This document shows, in pieces, positions 45,251-57,480 of a stretch of 64,000 nt of DNA. The notes beneath the pieces are model-generated. The model did not search any database. It was not told the DNA's origin and saw nothing but the letters and a program-made list of their open reading frames with translations. This DNA is from Macrostomum lignano (lineage: Eukaryota), in assembly GCA_002269645.1 (NCBI GenBank), contig NIVC01000107.1, positions 186,001 to 250,000 on the forward strand, given 5' to 3'. How positions within the stretch are numbered: position 1 is the first letter of the stretch; the number at the start of each line of letters is the position of its first letter. The position numbers and the translations under genes were made by a program.

Positions 45251-47608
45251 ATGCCGCCGCCGCCGCCGCCGCCGCCGATGCTGCTGATGCTGCTGCTTCT
45301 CGCCGCCGCGGCCGCTGCACAGCCGCCTCCTCCAGCTGCATCGCCGAGCTCCACGCCGAGCCCGACGCCGCTGGAGGAGGCGGCGCTCGCCGAAGCGCTG
45401 TCCGTCGTGCGCCACGACTTCCGGTTCCTGCGGCACGAGTGGGCCTACACTGCCATCAAGTACCGCGGCTTCATGCGCCACTTCGCCGCGCCCTGGCGCC
45501 TCGTAGCCAATCTTGGCGGCGCCTACACGGTGGGCGGCTCCGTCTACTTCAACCGCTGGGCCTGGGAGAAGGCGCTGGCCACGCTGACGGAGTTCTCCAG
45601 CGAGATGGAGCGCTACCACCGGGTGTACCGCGCCGTCCGGTCAGGCGGCCGCCTCCGCCGGCACTGGCTGGCGCGCTACCCGCGCCTGGCGCGGGACACC
45701 ATCGATTTTGTTGACTTTGTCGAGCGCCACTCGGCCCAAGTCTCCGACTGCAGCGGCCGCCCGATCCGCGCCTTCCTGGCGCCTGGCGTCTCCTACGGCG
45801 AAGGCGGCGACAACGCCACGTGCGAGCTGCTGCGGCTGGCAGGCGACATCTTGGCCGACGCCACCGCCGGCCGCCTGTCCGAGGCTCTGATTGGCTATGT
45901 TCGGCTGTCCGAGCTCGCCTGGTCGGCTGATGCCTGGCCCGGACAGTCGGGCCCAGAGTCGGACATCCGCCGGCCAGCCGCCGTGCCTGGCGAGTCCTCG
46001 GCGACATCCGACGCCGCCGCCGCCACCGACATGGCTGAGCAGCCAACTTCGAACCGCTCGTCGCGGCCGATCGACGCCCGGAGCCTCGCCCGGCAGATTC
46101 TTGGCCACGCGCTGCTGCACCTGCGCCGCTATCGGCCCCGCCCGCCGGCCGCCGGCCTGCCCGACTTCTACTGTCGGGTCGTCCGCGAAGACCTCGACGG
46201 CCGGCTGGCACAGCAGCTGGACGCCGGCGAGCTGGTGGAGCTCAATGCCGTGCTGGAGCAGTGCCGAAATGCCAGCAGGGGCTCCGCGGCCTCGAAGGAC
46301 ATTGCGGTGGTGTCGAAGGCCTACACGGAGCTGCTGGGGCTGTGGGAGCGCACGCGGCGCCAGCTGTGGCGGGAGTACTCGGCCTACAGGCAGTACCGCA
46401 GCCGCATCCCCGCCATCCTGGCCGCCAAGTCCGCCATGCGGGCCGTCCTGCCGCTCATCGCCGCTGTCGGCCTGCTGCTCAACGCCGCCGTGCTGATCTT
46501 CTACGGCCGATGGGCTTGTCGACACGGCGGCGGGCGAAGCCTCCTGATCGCCCTGCTGGCGCTCAGCGACTCGGCCCTACTGGCCGTAGCTCTGGTGTCG
46601 CTGTTCACCGACAACTACATGGAGCACGACCACAGCCTGCGGCCCAGCGGCGCCGCCGATCTCTGGTGCAAGTTCCAGCCGCACCTGTACAACCTGGCCG
46701 CCGAGACCTCCGCCTACCTGCTGGTGGTGCTGGCGGCCGAGCGCTTCCTCGCTGTCCGCGCCTGCTGCTGCAGCGGCGGCGGCCACAAGCCGCTGCCACA
46801 GCGCCGGCTCTGGGTCCTGGCGCTCACCGCCTTCTGCTCCGCCTGCATCCTCAACTGCCTGCTGGTCATTGGCGACGAGCTGGCGGCCCCGGCCAGGTCC
46901 ACGGTCGGCCGGCAGTGCGTGCAGTACGTGCGCCTGCGGCACTTCGACTCCAACCTGGCCTACGTGACCCGCGCCAAGCCGCTGCTGAACGCGCTGGCCC
47001 GCAGCCTGGCGCCCTTCGGCCTGGTGCTCGGCCTCAGCCTGGCCACCTGCCGGCTGCTCTGCCGCCGCGGCGCCTACCGGCTGCTGCTCCGCCAGGACGA
47101 GGCGCGCGGCGAGCAGCCCGAGCTGCCGGCGGCCGTGGGCCAGCTGTGCCTGGCGCTGGCCTACCTGCTGCTCACCGCCCCCGCCCCGGTCACCCACGCC
47201 CTGTTCATGACGGCCCACGCCGACCGGCTGGTTGTGAAGCTCGCCAACGGGCTGATGGACGAGTCCGACCCGATGTTCCGCGGCCACTGGCAGCGCCTCG
47301 GCCGCCTCACCGTCGCCCAGTACGTGGCGGAGTTCGGCCTGCTGCCCGCCAGCGCCGCCTGCTGCTTCTTCGCCTTCGCTGCCACCGACCGCGCCTTCCG
47401 CGGCTTCGTGCGGGCGGCCCTGCGCGGTAGGTCGCCGAGCCCGGCGTCCGCGGCTCCTGCGTCGGCTGTCGGGGAGGCCGCGACGACCGCCATCGCCGAC
47501 TTGTCGGACCCGGCGATCGGTCAGGCAGCAGAGATGGCCGGTGCTGAGCCCGCGGAGCGGCAGCGAAGGGTTCAGGAAGCCGACTGGGAGCAGACTGACC
47601 TTATTTGA
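45251..47608 (+). CDS. Class A (rhodopsin-family, peptide-receptor-like) GPCR with signal peptide and ~370-aa N-terminal ectodomain; intronless, ~785 aa
   Basis: Starts at accATG 45251 with the hydrophobic leader MLLMLLLLAAAAAA. Seven hydrophobic segments include GLLLN (TM1), LALSD (TM2), WCK..AAERF (TM3) and conserved prolines in TM5 and TM6. Confidence 0.85.
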   Translation: MPPPPPPPPMLLMLLLLAAAAAAQPPPPAASPSSTPSPTPLEEAALAEALSVVRHDFRFLRHEWAYTAIKYRGFMRHFAAPWRLVANLGGAYTVGGSVYFNRWAWEKALATLTEFSSEMERYHRVYRAVRSGGRLRRHWLARYPRLARDTIDFVDFVERHSAQVSDCSGRPIRAFLAPGVSYGEGGDNATCELLRLAGDILADATAGRLSEALIGYVRLSELAWSADAWPGQSGPESDIRRPAAVPGESSATSDAAAATDMAEQPTSNRSSRPIDARSLARQILGHALLHLRRYRPRPPAAGLPDFYCRVVREDLDGRLAQQLDAGELVELNAVLEQCRNASRGSAASKDIAVVSKAYTELLGLWERTRRQLWREYSAYRQYRSRIPAILAAKSAMRAVLPLIAAVGLLLNAAVLIFYGRWACRHGGGRSLLIALLALSDSALLAVALVSLFTDNYMEHDHSLRPSGAADLWCKFQPHLYNLAAETSAYLLVVLAAERFLAVRACCCSGGGHKPLPQRRLWVLALTAFCSACILNCLLVIGDELAAPARSTVGRQCVQYVRLRHFDSNLAYVTRAKPLLNALARSLAPFGLVLGLSLATCRLLCRRGAYRLLLRQDEARGEQPELPAAVGQLCLALAYLLLTAPAPVTHALFMTAHADRLVVKLANGLMDESDPMFRGHWQRLGRLTVAQYVAEFGLLPASAACCFFAFAATDRAFRGFVRAALRGRSPSPASAAPASAVGEAATTAIADLSDPAIGQAAEMAGAEPAERQRRVQEADWEQTDLI

Positions 47609-47759
47609 CCTCGCCGGACAGACTGCTGACATTTTCATTTATCCTCCGGATTGAAAATGCACTTGGCTGTTGTTGTGTATTTACCTGGCAGTTGCGAATT
47701 GACCTCGGAACATCCAAGGGTTTTTTGTACAAGTTGACCTTGGATGACTCCCAGTTGTT

Positions 47760-48008
47760 TATTGTTGACCTCAGATGACCCCATTTGTCCATGGTTGACC
47801 TGAAATGACCCCATTTGTCCATGGTTGACCTGAAATGACTCCATATGTCCTTGCTTGATCTCGGATGATCCCAGTTGTCCATGGTTGACCTCGGCTGACC
47901 TTAGTTGTCCATGATTGACCTCGGCTGACCTTAGTTGTCCATGATTGACCTCGGCTGACCTTAGTTGTCCATGATTGACCTCGGCTGACCTTAGTTGTCC
48001 ATGATTGA
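47760..48008. repeat. 30-bp repeat (TTGTCCATGATTGACCTCGGCTGACCTTAG and variants) x ~8
   Basis: Read directly from the sequence. Confidence 0.9.
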
Positions 48009-49810
48009 CATTTGATGCAACCAGTTCGCCATCTGGAGAACTTGAAAAAAGCAGCTGAGAGCTTCATCTTGCGCACCTGCGTGGCTTTTTATCCAAACGA
48101 ATTTCGTCCCTCTCGGCGCCGCGGCAGTTTGTCTTCGAACCGCGGCATCCAAAACTTGCCCGATACTTTTAACTTTGGAGTAAAGTTTTTTGATTTGTTG
48201 TTGCTGTTGGCTGTTGCCATTTTCTGAATACTTTAAAGCAGAAATAGCAAATATGTATCATAAAGTTAGCCCTTAATCCGCGCTACTTGTCTCTGCAAAA
48301 TCAATAATCAACCTCAAATAAAGTTCTTTCGCAGAGTTCAGTGCCAGCAATTCTTTTTTCATTTCATTGTCCAGATAAAAAGCTGACATATTTGATTGAC
48401 AACTATAAGGCCAGGTAATTTCAATGGCTCCAAAACAGTTGCTTTAGACACCTGAGATTTCCTGGAATTTTGACCGGGCTGCCTGGCCGGCTGGCACGCG
48501 ACCCCCATTATCATAGCTATTCCCCCTCTCAGTCAGATTTCCCAATAGAGGAGCGGGGCCCGATGCAGTCAGCTGAGCTCAACGGGAAATGCCAATTATG
48601 AAGATGAGCCCGCTGCAGAAAAAATGTCGCGACTATATGGCCACCGGCTAGCAGAGATTGCTGGAGCGGCTCATCTGCAGCTCTAAATCGGGATTCCAGG
48701 CTTGGCATGGGAGGCGCATCGCAACGATAATTGTGGCCTCATCAACTCAATTGGTTGCTGCATAGGTGAAGTGGATGCCATGAATGGCGCTGTGCTGCTG
48801 CTTTGGCGCAACTTCTGATCAGTTCGGCATGCGAAATGGCCAGTGGAATGTGCAGTTATTGCGCCATATAAATGAGATTATCCTATCGATAACTCCGCTT
48901 ATACCATGGGGGTTCGGAGAGCAAGGGCTGCACTAGTTCTGCTTTTTGCACTTCTCTGGCTGGAGTAATGATGAATTCATATACTCGTATAACCTTACTT
49001 CCCTTGCCATCTAATATTATTCAACTACATGGAAGTTTTATAAATATCAATGGACTTTTTAAATGTTTCATTAATCCCCTTTGAGTTGAGTTGATCCTCA
49101 TACAGACTTGATGTCATCGATTTTCGTCGGACTTCAGTCGCAGTTTAATCACTAATCACAAACACAATCTGTAGGGTATGCAGCGGCCCTGGATTCCTAA
49201 CCGTCAGATAAGTTCACTCTGTGCCCTAGGGGTTGGGCTCTCATGGATGCGAATTGCGCGACAACCATCTAGCAATTTTTCGCGCACACGCCATTTTATA
49301 GTTATTCAAAGACACATGTAGGAGTTACATATGAATGGGGCTTGAAATACAAGCTGACTCAAAAGATGCTTGCACCTTGCACAATGTTTTTTAACCTATT
49401 CGACGAGGTAAGCGTAGTATTAAACATTAAACAACCAGAACAGAACATACAAAACATGATAACGTCAGACTCATTGATTCTAATTTCATCGCAATATAAT
49501 TATGAAGGTTTGAAATGATACATTGTAATTTTAACGGTAGAACGATTGATATCTTCAAAAATAATTTGAGTTAAAATCCATTCCTTTATTTTAGAAGCAG
49601 TTAGAAAAAGTTTGCATACCTATTTAATACTAGTATATAAACTAATGTTGTTTTTCTTTCTTTTTCATAGAAACTGTAAATTTCAAAACACTATACGTCA
49701 CGTTACTGCAAAAATTCACATCTTTATATTTTTTCCTTACTGTCTCTATTAAAGTCATTTGGCTTTGGCTTTAACTTCTAGAATTTAAAAATCATCTTAC
49801 ATTGAAAGTA

Positions 49811-52800
49811 ATGGAAAACGCAACTTTAAATGATACCCTGAATGGTACAGCTGGAAATGCCACATTTACAGCTACAACCGAAGGCTTTTTGTTGGCCTAT
49901 TCTAGTCTTTTTACCATGGCTATTGTGCCTATTATCATTGGATCACTGCAGTCTGTTGCCGCTAACAAGCTAAATAAGGTAATTTTATAATTTTAAGCAT
50001 GCATTCAATTTCCCCAAAATAAGCCTGCTGTTATAATTTACTTTTTAGTTAAAAATAATATATATTATAAATACTTGCTATTATTGTTATGAAAACTTTT
50101 AATTTAATGTCGCTTTAATTTGCCTTAAATACAGAATTATAAAACATCTTAATTTAATATTAATTTCAAATATATGCTTTCCTATTCCTAAAGTTGACTT
50201 GCTTTTTTCTAAATTGATTTATTCAAGTTAACTATTCTTTAAGTTGAACCTTTCTTTTAGTTTGACCTATTAGGCCTACCTTCAAATGAATCTTAATATC
50301 TAGTAATATCTTGATATGGCATAACTATGGTTTTGTTGGTTATATTATTTCTTGTTTTGAATTTGTTCCAGCGCACATAGAAATGGCTCATTATATTGTT
50401 TTAAGTTAAAAAAAGATGACCCACCACCAAAAAAGTTCAAATTGGAGTTAGAAGTCACAAGAAAGATAATTAGACAGGATAATAGTGTGACACCCAGTAG
50501 AGAAAGTTGCCAAACACATTCCGTGGATATAGACGGCGCCACAGAAATTCCTGCAGATGAGTTTTGAATAGACCATCACTTGTCCCATACATGTTGCAAA
50601 ACTTCGCCTTGCAATGCACCCATGTTCCCTCAATAGTGTTCGTATAAACCGTTGGGTCCTGGGGGTCTACAAAATGGAGCCGGTGGTTTACAGACATGTG
50701 ATTTGGCAGTGTATTGTACGCAACCCAACCATCTGTGATGATTCATGTTCTGGGAAGCACATAAGTTGGCACAGCTCTGCAGGTAGATGCAAATCGCCTA
50801 CCGGAATGATTGTCATAGGAGCCAATGCCGCAATGGTTGTCCAACCATTTCTACGTGCACTGGAACAAATTGGAAACAATAAATAATATAACGAACAAAA
50901 CTATAGTTATGCCCTTGATACTTGACTATGTATTGTCTGCTTTGATAGTAAGTGAAATTTTATAGTTGTTTTGATATATGACATATATTATAAATACAAT
51001 ATATTTATATTATTAAGATTTATTTTATTGCCAAATAGATCAATCAAAGAGAATTTAAATTAAATTGTATTTATATAATATTAAAAAAATTAATATGGTA
51101 AAACTGGTATTTTTTATTAAACTGTATAGAGCTAGTTCATTTTAACTATCTTTGTTTTACTTTCAACTTTTTAAAAAAGTTAAACCTAAAATTTTTTTTA
51201 ATTCAGTTTCCTTTTTTCATAAAAGGCTGGCTATTCTTTCTGATCAAAATGTAGCTATTGTAACTAATGACTATGTACATGGAGACTATGCCAAATATAA
51301 ACTTTATCATTTTTGTATGCTAATTGTATAGATTGATTGGGACTTAGAACTTTTGGTCTCATTTGCTATCTTGGCAATCTCTATATGACAAGCTATATGC
51401 CAAGAGGGCATACCAGGCCTCTCTATATGCCAAGTTGTATGCCAATGGTATACTCTAGGTCCCTCTGTATGCCAGAATTTTCTGGCATTTATGTATACCA
51501 TCTGTAGTCTGGGGTGTGCACAGTTGGCATCTATGACTTAAGAAAATAGTATGCATGTACACCTGGTATGTATTTCATAGAATCACATGGAAGAATTAGT
51601 TTTAAGTGGAAAAATATTGAAAAAGTTCAATAAAAGGTTCATATTTTAGCATAAATTCTAAACTTTTAAGCTTTTAAGCTCATTAATAGTTGCATTAAAA
51701 CAAGTTTATAATACATATCAATTTTCTACTATAAATTGTATAGAACAAAAAAGGATGAATGATCAACTAAATTATTAGCCAAAAAGGGTCCTGTACACAA
51801 TACAAATCATTTATTGTAACAACATTAGCTTACATTTTGAGAGTGCAGATATATATTAAATTTTTGGCATGAATTTGTAACTCTTCAATTTTTGTTTGGG
51901 TGTGCACCTAGCATGATTTGGAATATGGCAGTAATCATACACTTTGAGAATAGCTACTTTAGTAACAGCCACTTTAGTAACAAAGCATGACCAATTTGGT
52001 AATAGCCATTTTGGTAACAAGTGAGACTAATATATTAATAGACTAACTATAATAAATGTTGCTTATTTTAAAGCTTTGTAAGGGTTGAGGAGTTAAGAAA
52101 CAAATATTTTTATGCCATATTTAGTAGGGCTTAAGTGAAGAAAATATACTGCTAGCTATTTTTTTGTACAATAAAAATAAGAAATAAAAAAGCCTTTGGA
52201 AATGAGTTTTTTGTTTATATTGGAATTTATTATGTTGGTTAAATTATTATTGAATGGTTGCAAATAGATTTAATATCATTAAATGTTATATGGGAAATTA
52301 TGAGAGTCATCCATTTTGGTTATTGATTTAAATGATAGGTACTCATGAACAATAATTGTAATTTTGCAACTGTAATTTAAACGTAACTTAATTTGAACAG
52401 GAAACTGGAGAAGTGGAAACCATGACATCAAAGGATGCCGCCATGTTCCCTCTGTATGCCAGTGGTGCACTGTTTGGCATTTATCTGTTTTTCAAGGTGT
52501 GTATTGTGTTAATTAACTTGCCATTGAATTGCCTAAGAAACGCTTAACTTTATTACTGTTGCATTTCTGTTATCATTCCTGACTGCAGTTGATATCTAAG
52601 GAGTACATCAACATGCTGCTGGCTTTCTACTTTTTCCTGCTTGGAGTTCTGGCCCTCACGCACGTGCTCAAGTGAGTTAAGATTTTTTACAAGCTGAGCA
52701 CCTTGAAGTTATTCTGCTTTTGTCCCTTAGCACTGCTGCTTCACTTGTCACTCACCCAGCCTTGTCACTCCCCCAGCCTTGTCACTCCCCAGCCTTGTCA

Positions 52801-55054
52801 CTCCCCCAGCCTTTTCACTACCGCCGCCCTTGTCACTCCCCCACCCTTGTCACTCCCCCACCCTTGTCACTCCCCCACCCTTGTGACTCCCCAGCCTTGT
52901 CAATCCCCCAGCCTTGTCACTCCCCCAGCCTTTTTACTACCGCCGCCCTGATCACTCCCCCAGCCTTGTCACTCCCCAGCCTTGTCAATCCCCCAGCCTT
53001 TTCACTACCGCCGCCCTGATCACTCCCCAGCCTTTTTACTACCGCCGCCCTGATCACTCCCCCAGCCTTGTCACTCCCCCAGCCTTGTCACTCCCCCAGC
53101 CTTGTCAATCCCCAGCCTTGTCACTCCCCCAGCCTTGTCACTCCCCCAGCCTTGTCAATCCCCCAGCCTTTTCACTACCGCCGCCCTGATCACTCCCCCA
53201 GCCTTGTCACTCCCCAGCCTTTTCACTACCGCCGCCCTGATCACTCCCCCAGCCTTGTCACTCCCCCAGCCTTGTCACTCCCCTAGCCTTGTCACTCCCC
53301 CAGCCTTTTCACTACCGCCGCCCTTGTCACTCCCCCGCCCTTGTCACTCCCCCCACCCTTGTCACTCCCCCACCCTTGTCACTCTGATACCCTTGTCACC
53401 CTTCTGCCCAGCTCTGAGGCGCAAAAGCAGTTCGGGCCCGGCTTGACCCCTGACCCGCCCCTGTCCCAGGCCGGTCTACCACAGGCTGGTGCCCGCCAGC
53501 CTGCCCAACCGCAGCTTCAACATCCGCATCCTGGAGTTCGTCTCCAAGCTGAAACCAGCCGCTGCCGGGGAAGCCAAGGAGAAGGAGAAGCAGCAGACTG
53601 GCGAAAAGGCCGAACAGAAGCAGCCAGCCTCTGATGAGGCTGCCCCCGCCGGAGAAGAGGCCGCTGGCAAGGGTGAGTGAGCTCGGATCGTACAATACAA
53701 GTCTTGGATTCCCTTCTTAGATCATTGTTGGGAATCTTAGGGGAGATCTCACTTCTTAGATGGGAATCTTAGGGGAGATCTCACTTCTTAGATGGGATTT
53801 TTAGGGGAGATCTCACTTCTTAGATGGGAATCTTAGGGGAGATCTCACTTCTTAGATGGGAATCTTAGGGGAGATCTCACTTCTTAGATGGGAATCTTAG
53901 GGGAGATCTCACTTCTTAGATGGGAATCTTAGGGGAGATCTCACTTTTTAGATGGGAATCTTAGGGGAGATCTCACTTCTTAGATGGGAATCTTAGGGGA
54001 GATCTCACTTCTTAGACAGGATTCTTAGGGGAGATGTCACTTCTTAGATAGGAATCTTATGGGAGATCTCACGTCTTAGGTAGAAATCTTAGGGGAGATC
54101 TTACTTCTTAGACGGGATTCTTAGGGGAGATCTCACTTCTCAGATGGGATTCTCAGGGAAGATCTCACTTCTTAGATGGGATTCTTAGGGGAGATCTCAC
54201 TTCTTAGATGGAGTCTAGGGTAGATCTCACTTCTTAGATGGGATTCTTAGGGGAGATCTCACTTCTTAGATGGGAATATTAGGGTAGATCTCACTTCTTA
54301 GATAGAAATCTTAGGAGAGATCTCACTTCTTAGATGGGATTCTTAGGGGAGATCTCACTTCTTAGATGGGATCATTGTTGGTGCCATCGCTCACCCCGCC
54401 TGGCCAGGCTCGGAGCTGTGGCTGAACCTGGACTTCGACCTCCTTGACCTGGCCAACCTGGCCGTGTCTGCCTGCGTGGGCCTGTGGTACCTGGCCACCC
54501 GCCACTGGCTGGCTAACAACGCCTTCGGCTTGGCCTTCGCCATCAACGCCATCGAGCTGCTGCACCTCAACAAGGTGGCCACCGGGGCCATCCTGCTCAG
54601 CGGCCTGTTCATCTACGACGTCTTCTGGGTGTTCGGCACCAACGTGATGGTGACGGTGGCCAAGAGCTTCGAGGCCCCCATCAAGCTGGTGTTCCCGCAG
54701 GACCTGCTGGAGAAGGGCCTGGCGGCCGACAAGTTCGCCATGCTCGGCCTCGGCGACATCGTCATCCCCGGCATCTTCGTGGCCCTCCTGCTGCGCTACG
54801 ACGCCGCCAGGGGCCGCTCCGGCCGCCCGTACTTCTGCTGCTGCCTGGCCGCCTACTGCGCCGGCCTGCTGGCCACGATCGTTGTGATGCACGTGTTCAA
54901 GCACGCCCAGCCAGCGCTGCTGTACCTGGTGCCCTGCTGCCTGGGCGCCCCGCTGCTGCTGGCCCTGGCCAGGGGCGAACTGGGCTGCCTGCTGCGCTAC
55001 GAGGACACGGACGGGGCCGCCGATAGCCGCACGGGCGCCAAGAAGACCGACTGA
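49811..55054 (+). CDS. HM13: Signal peptide peptidase (minor histocompatibility antigen H13); exons 49811-49978, 52401-52496, 52589-52671, 53470-53672, 54408-55054
   Basis: ETMTSKDAAMFP, YDVFWVFGT (YD), LGLGDIVIPG (GxGD), QPALLYLVP and a C-terminal KKTD are present. Intron phases 0,0,2,1 are consistent. Confidence 0.95.
50318..50913 (-). mobile_element. Internally deleted Merlin (IS1016/IS1595-like) DNA transposon in HM13 intron 1
   Basis: ~70-bp TIRs start with GGCATAACTAT, and the 8-bp TSD is CTTGATAT/CTTGATAC. The transposase tail reads IITDGWVAYNTL..HMSVNH..FVDP..TNTIEGTW..LQEFLWRR. Confidence 0.9.
52745..53390. repeat. 17-18-bp minisatellite (CCTTGTCACTCCCCCAG variants) in HM13 intron 3
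   Basis: Read directly from the sequence. Confidence 0.9.
53740..54370. repeat. 32-bp minisatellite (CTTAGGGGAGATCTCACTTCTTAGATGGGAAT) x ~20 in HM13 intron 4
   Basis: Read directly from the sequence. Confidence 0.95.
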
Positions 55055-55094
55055 GCGGCTGCTGGGGATCTCTTCTGCTTTCTGTTTGACCTGT

Positions 55095-55274
55095 TTTAGT
55101 CTGTCTAGATCTGTCTGTGTGTCTGTCTGTCTGTCTGTCTGTCTGCCTGTCTGCCTGTCCTGTCTAGATCTGTCTGTCTGTCTGTCTGTCTGTGTGTCTG
55201 TCTGTGTGTCTGTCTGTCTGTCTGTCTGTCTGTGTGTCTGTCTGTCTGTGTGTCTGTTTGTCTGTCTGTCTGCC

Positions 55275-55353
<79 letters not shown>

Positions 55354-55479
55354 CCGTCTGTCTGTCTGTCCGTCTGTCTGTCTGTCTGTCTGTCTGCCCG
55401 TCTGTCTGTCTGTCTGTCCGTCTGTCTGTCTGTCTGTCCGTCTGTCTGTCTGTCTGTCCGTCTGTCTGTCTGTCTGTCC

Positions 55480-55515
<36 letters not shown>

Positions 55516-55520
55516 GCCTG
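55095..55520. repeat. (TCTG)n microsatellite
   Basis: Read directly from the sequence. Confidence 0.95.
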
Positions 55521-56283
55521 CCTTTGTATCTGTCTGTCTGTTTTAGTGTTTGTCCTTGTCTGTCCGTTAACTCTTATATTATGCAATCCGATAGTCTACC
55601 TGTACCTGTCTACGAATACTCCCAGATCCCAGGTCCCATCAGCCCGGTCCTGCAATCCATGATTTAATCTCGCTTTTTAAAGCAATTAGTTGTTGACAAA
55701 TCGTTATGTGTGTTTATTTTATTCGATTTATTCCTGGCCCCGTCTCTGCTGCTGTGCCTCCCGCATCAGCGGAATTCAACTGATGGAAGCAGATTGTTAT
55801 TGTTGGTTTTTCCCGTGTTGCAGTCTAATCAATGTTTTTCTCTCCAATGCTTGTCGGCGTTCAAAGCTTAACTCTCAAATTCGTGTGGTATTTTCAGTTA
55901 ATTGTCAGCTTCACGAGTCGTCCTTTGTCTTCGCGTCCTCCTAGCAACTATAAGCGGTTTAAAAATCAAAGAATTTTTCTTAGTATTTCTGCTTCTTTTG
56001 CTTTGAGAATGGCAAATAGGATTTTAATATTTTCTGCTTACTACTGCAATTTCAAGCGATAGTAGTATGATAAGCGCATAGTCTTAAATATTCGTTGTTA
56101 CAATAATTTAATATTCGTCTGAACGAAACGTTTTGCCGCTTCATTCGAGTCAGTTTGTCTTTGTTGTGCTCGCATTGTGTCCTTCCTGTCTCCTTTCTGC
56201 TCCTTTGGTCTCTCCTGGTCTGAGCCACAGATACTAGAATGACTAGATAAGCCACTCAGGCATATACTCAACAAAACAGCTTT

Positions 56284-56610
56284 CTACTTTCAGTTCAGTA
56301 GCAATGAAGAATGCGTAAGCTATTTTATAAGAATAAAGGCAGCTGAGATGACTTTGATAAGTTTTTAAGCCAAGTTTGCAGATGTAAACTTGCTAATTGG
56401 TTCAGCCATAATGTACATTAGCCACTGCAATGTACAAGGCAGTTTTAGGCTGAAACAACCGAGGACGGCAATAAAAATTGGGCGGCGGGCGGGGTAGAGG
56501 TTTGCGTGGAGTTTGGGGGTTTAAGCTTAAGATGTGAGAACCAATAAATGAGCCGTCTTTAAAAATAAATTAAAATGCTTCAGTTTAACTTACTACTGAA
56601 CTGAAAGTAG
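56284..56610. mobile_element. Possible MITE bounded by perfect 18-bp inverted repeats
   Basis: CTACTTTCAGTTCAGTAG (56284-56301) and its reverse complement CTACTGAACTGAAAGTAG (56593-56610); no clean TSD. Confidence 0.5.
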
Positions 56611-57009
56611 CTTGCACGCAAATGTGCCGATTGGCTCATATATTTATTCTTGTATCTGTGTTCTGAGCTGGTTTCAGCTGCAAGGCATTGCCAATTAGGT
56701 ATACAAAATGCTAGGCATTTAAATTTAAATCTATTGGAAATTCAGAAATATATAGGTCATGATGCTACTCTTGAAGAGCTGCCAAGCAATCATTATTCCC
56801 TTCTCTGTTTCTGATCTCTCGGCCTCCCTTTATTCTCTTAAATGTTGCTTCTTGTTGCTTTCTGTGTTGCTGTGTTGTTAAAGCAGCTTGTTAATTGGGT
56901 GTGAAACAAAAAAAAAATCGCAAGCTTTAAAATGTCACTTGACAACCGTTGGTTGGTTTGGAATTGCAGATGCAGATTCGAAATTTCCAACTCTTAATGG
57001 TTATTTATT

Positions 57010-57480
57010 TGGTCACAGTCGTGTCTGACTTCTGTCCTTACTGCTCTCTCATTGGCTGAGCTGACCTGCATTGGGCCTGCCCCCAGGAGGGTGTGTCCGT
57101 CTAAACTTTGACCTCTCCCCTTACTGCTCTCCCATTGGCTGAGCTAGATTGGGCCTGCCCCCAAGCTGAGTTTCGTCTTATCTAAAGTTTGATCTCTCTC
57201 CTCAACTGCTCTCCCATTGGCTGAGCTCGATTGGGCCTGTAGACTGACTTTCGTCCGTCTTGCGTTCACTTGTATACACCGAGTTAGTTAAATGCCTGTT
57301 GTTCATTCTTAACCCCATATGCACCTGAGGCCGCAAACCCTGAGGAAGGAAAGGAAATTTTTGCATCCCGTATTTAATTTAAAAAACACTGCGCAGACAA
57401 ACTACTGAAAAAAGAGTAGACACTCTGCTTTTTACAACTTAATTGCAACTGGCATATTTAGTTATTCTAGAATCTGCGGT
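57010..57480. mobile_element. Shorter inverted relative of the 3520-4790 element (3 CCAAT subrepeats)
   Basis: CCTTACTGCTCTC.CATTGGCTGAGCT-type units, then CATATGCACCTGAGGCCGCAAACC, GCGCAGACAAA and CTCTGCTTTTTACAACT. Confidence 0.6.

Noticed and set aside
48500-48850. hAT transposase C-terminal remnant (FSAAG)
   Set aside because: A single short motif amid stops is not enough to support the call.
51455-51500. Partial duplicate of HM13 exon 2 (CCCTCTGTATGCCAG) in intron 1
   Set aside because: It is only a ~15-nt match within a local cluster of TATGCCA repeats, has no splice signals, and could be chance.
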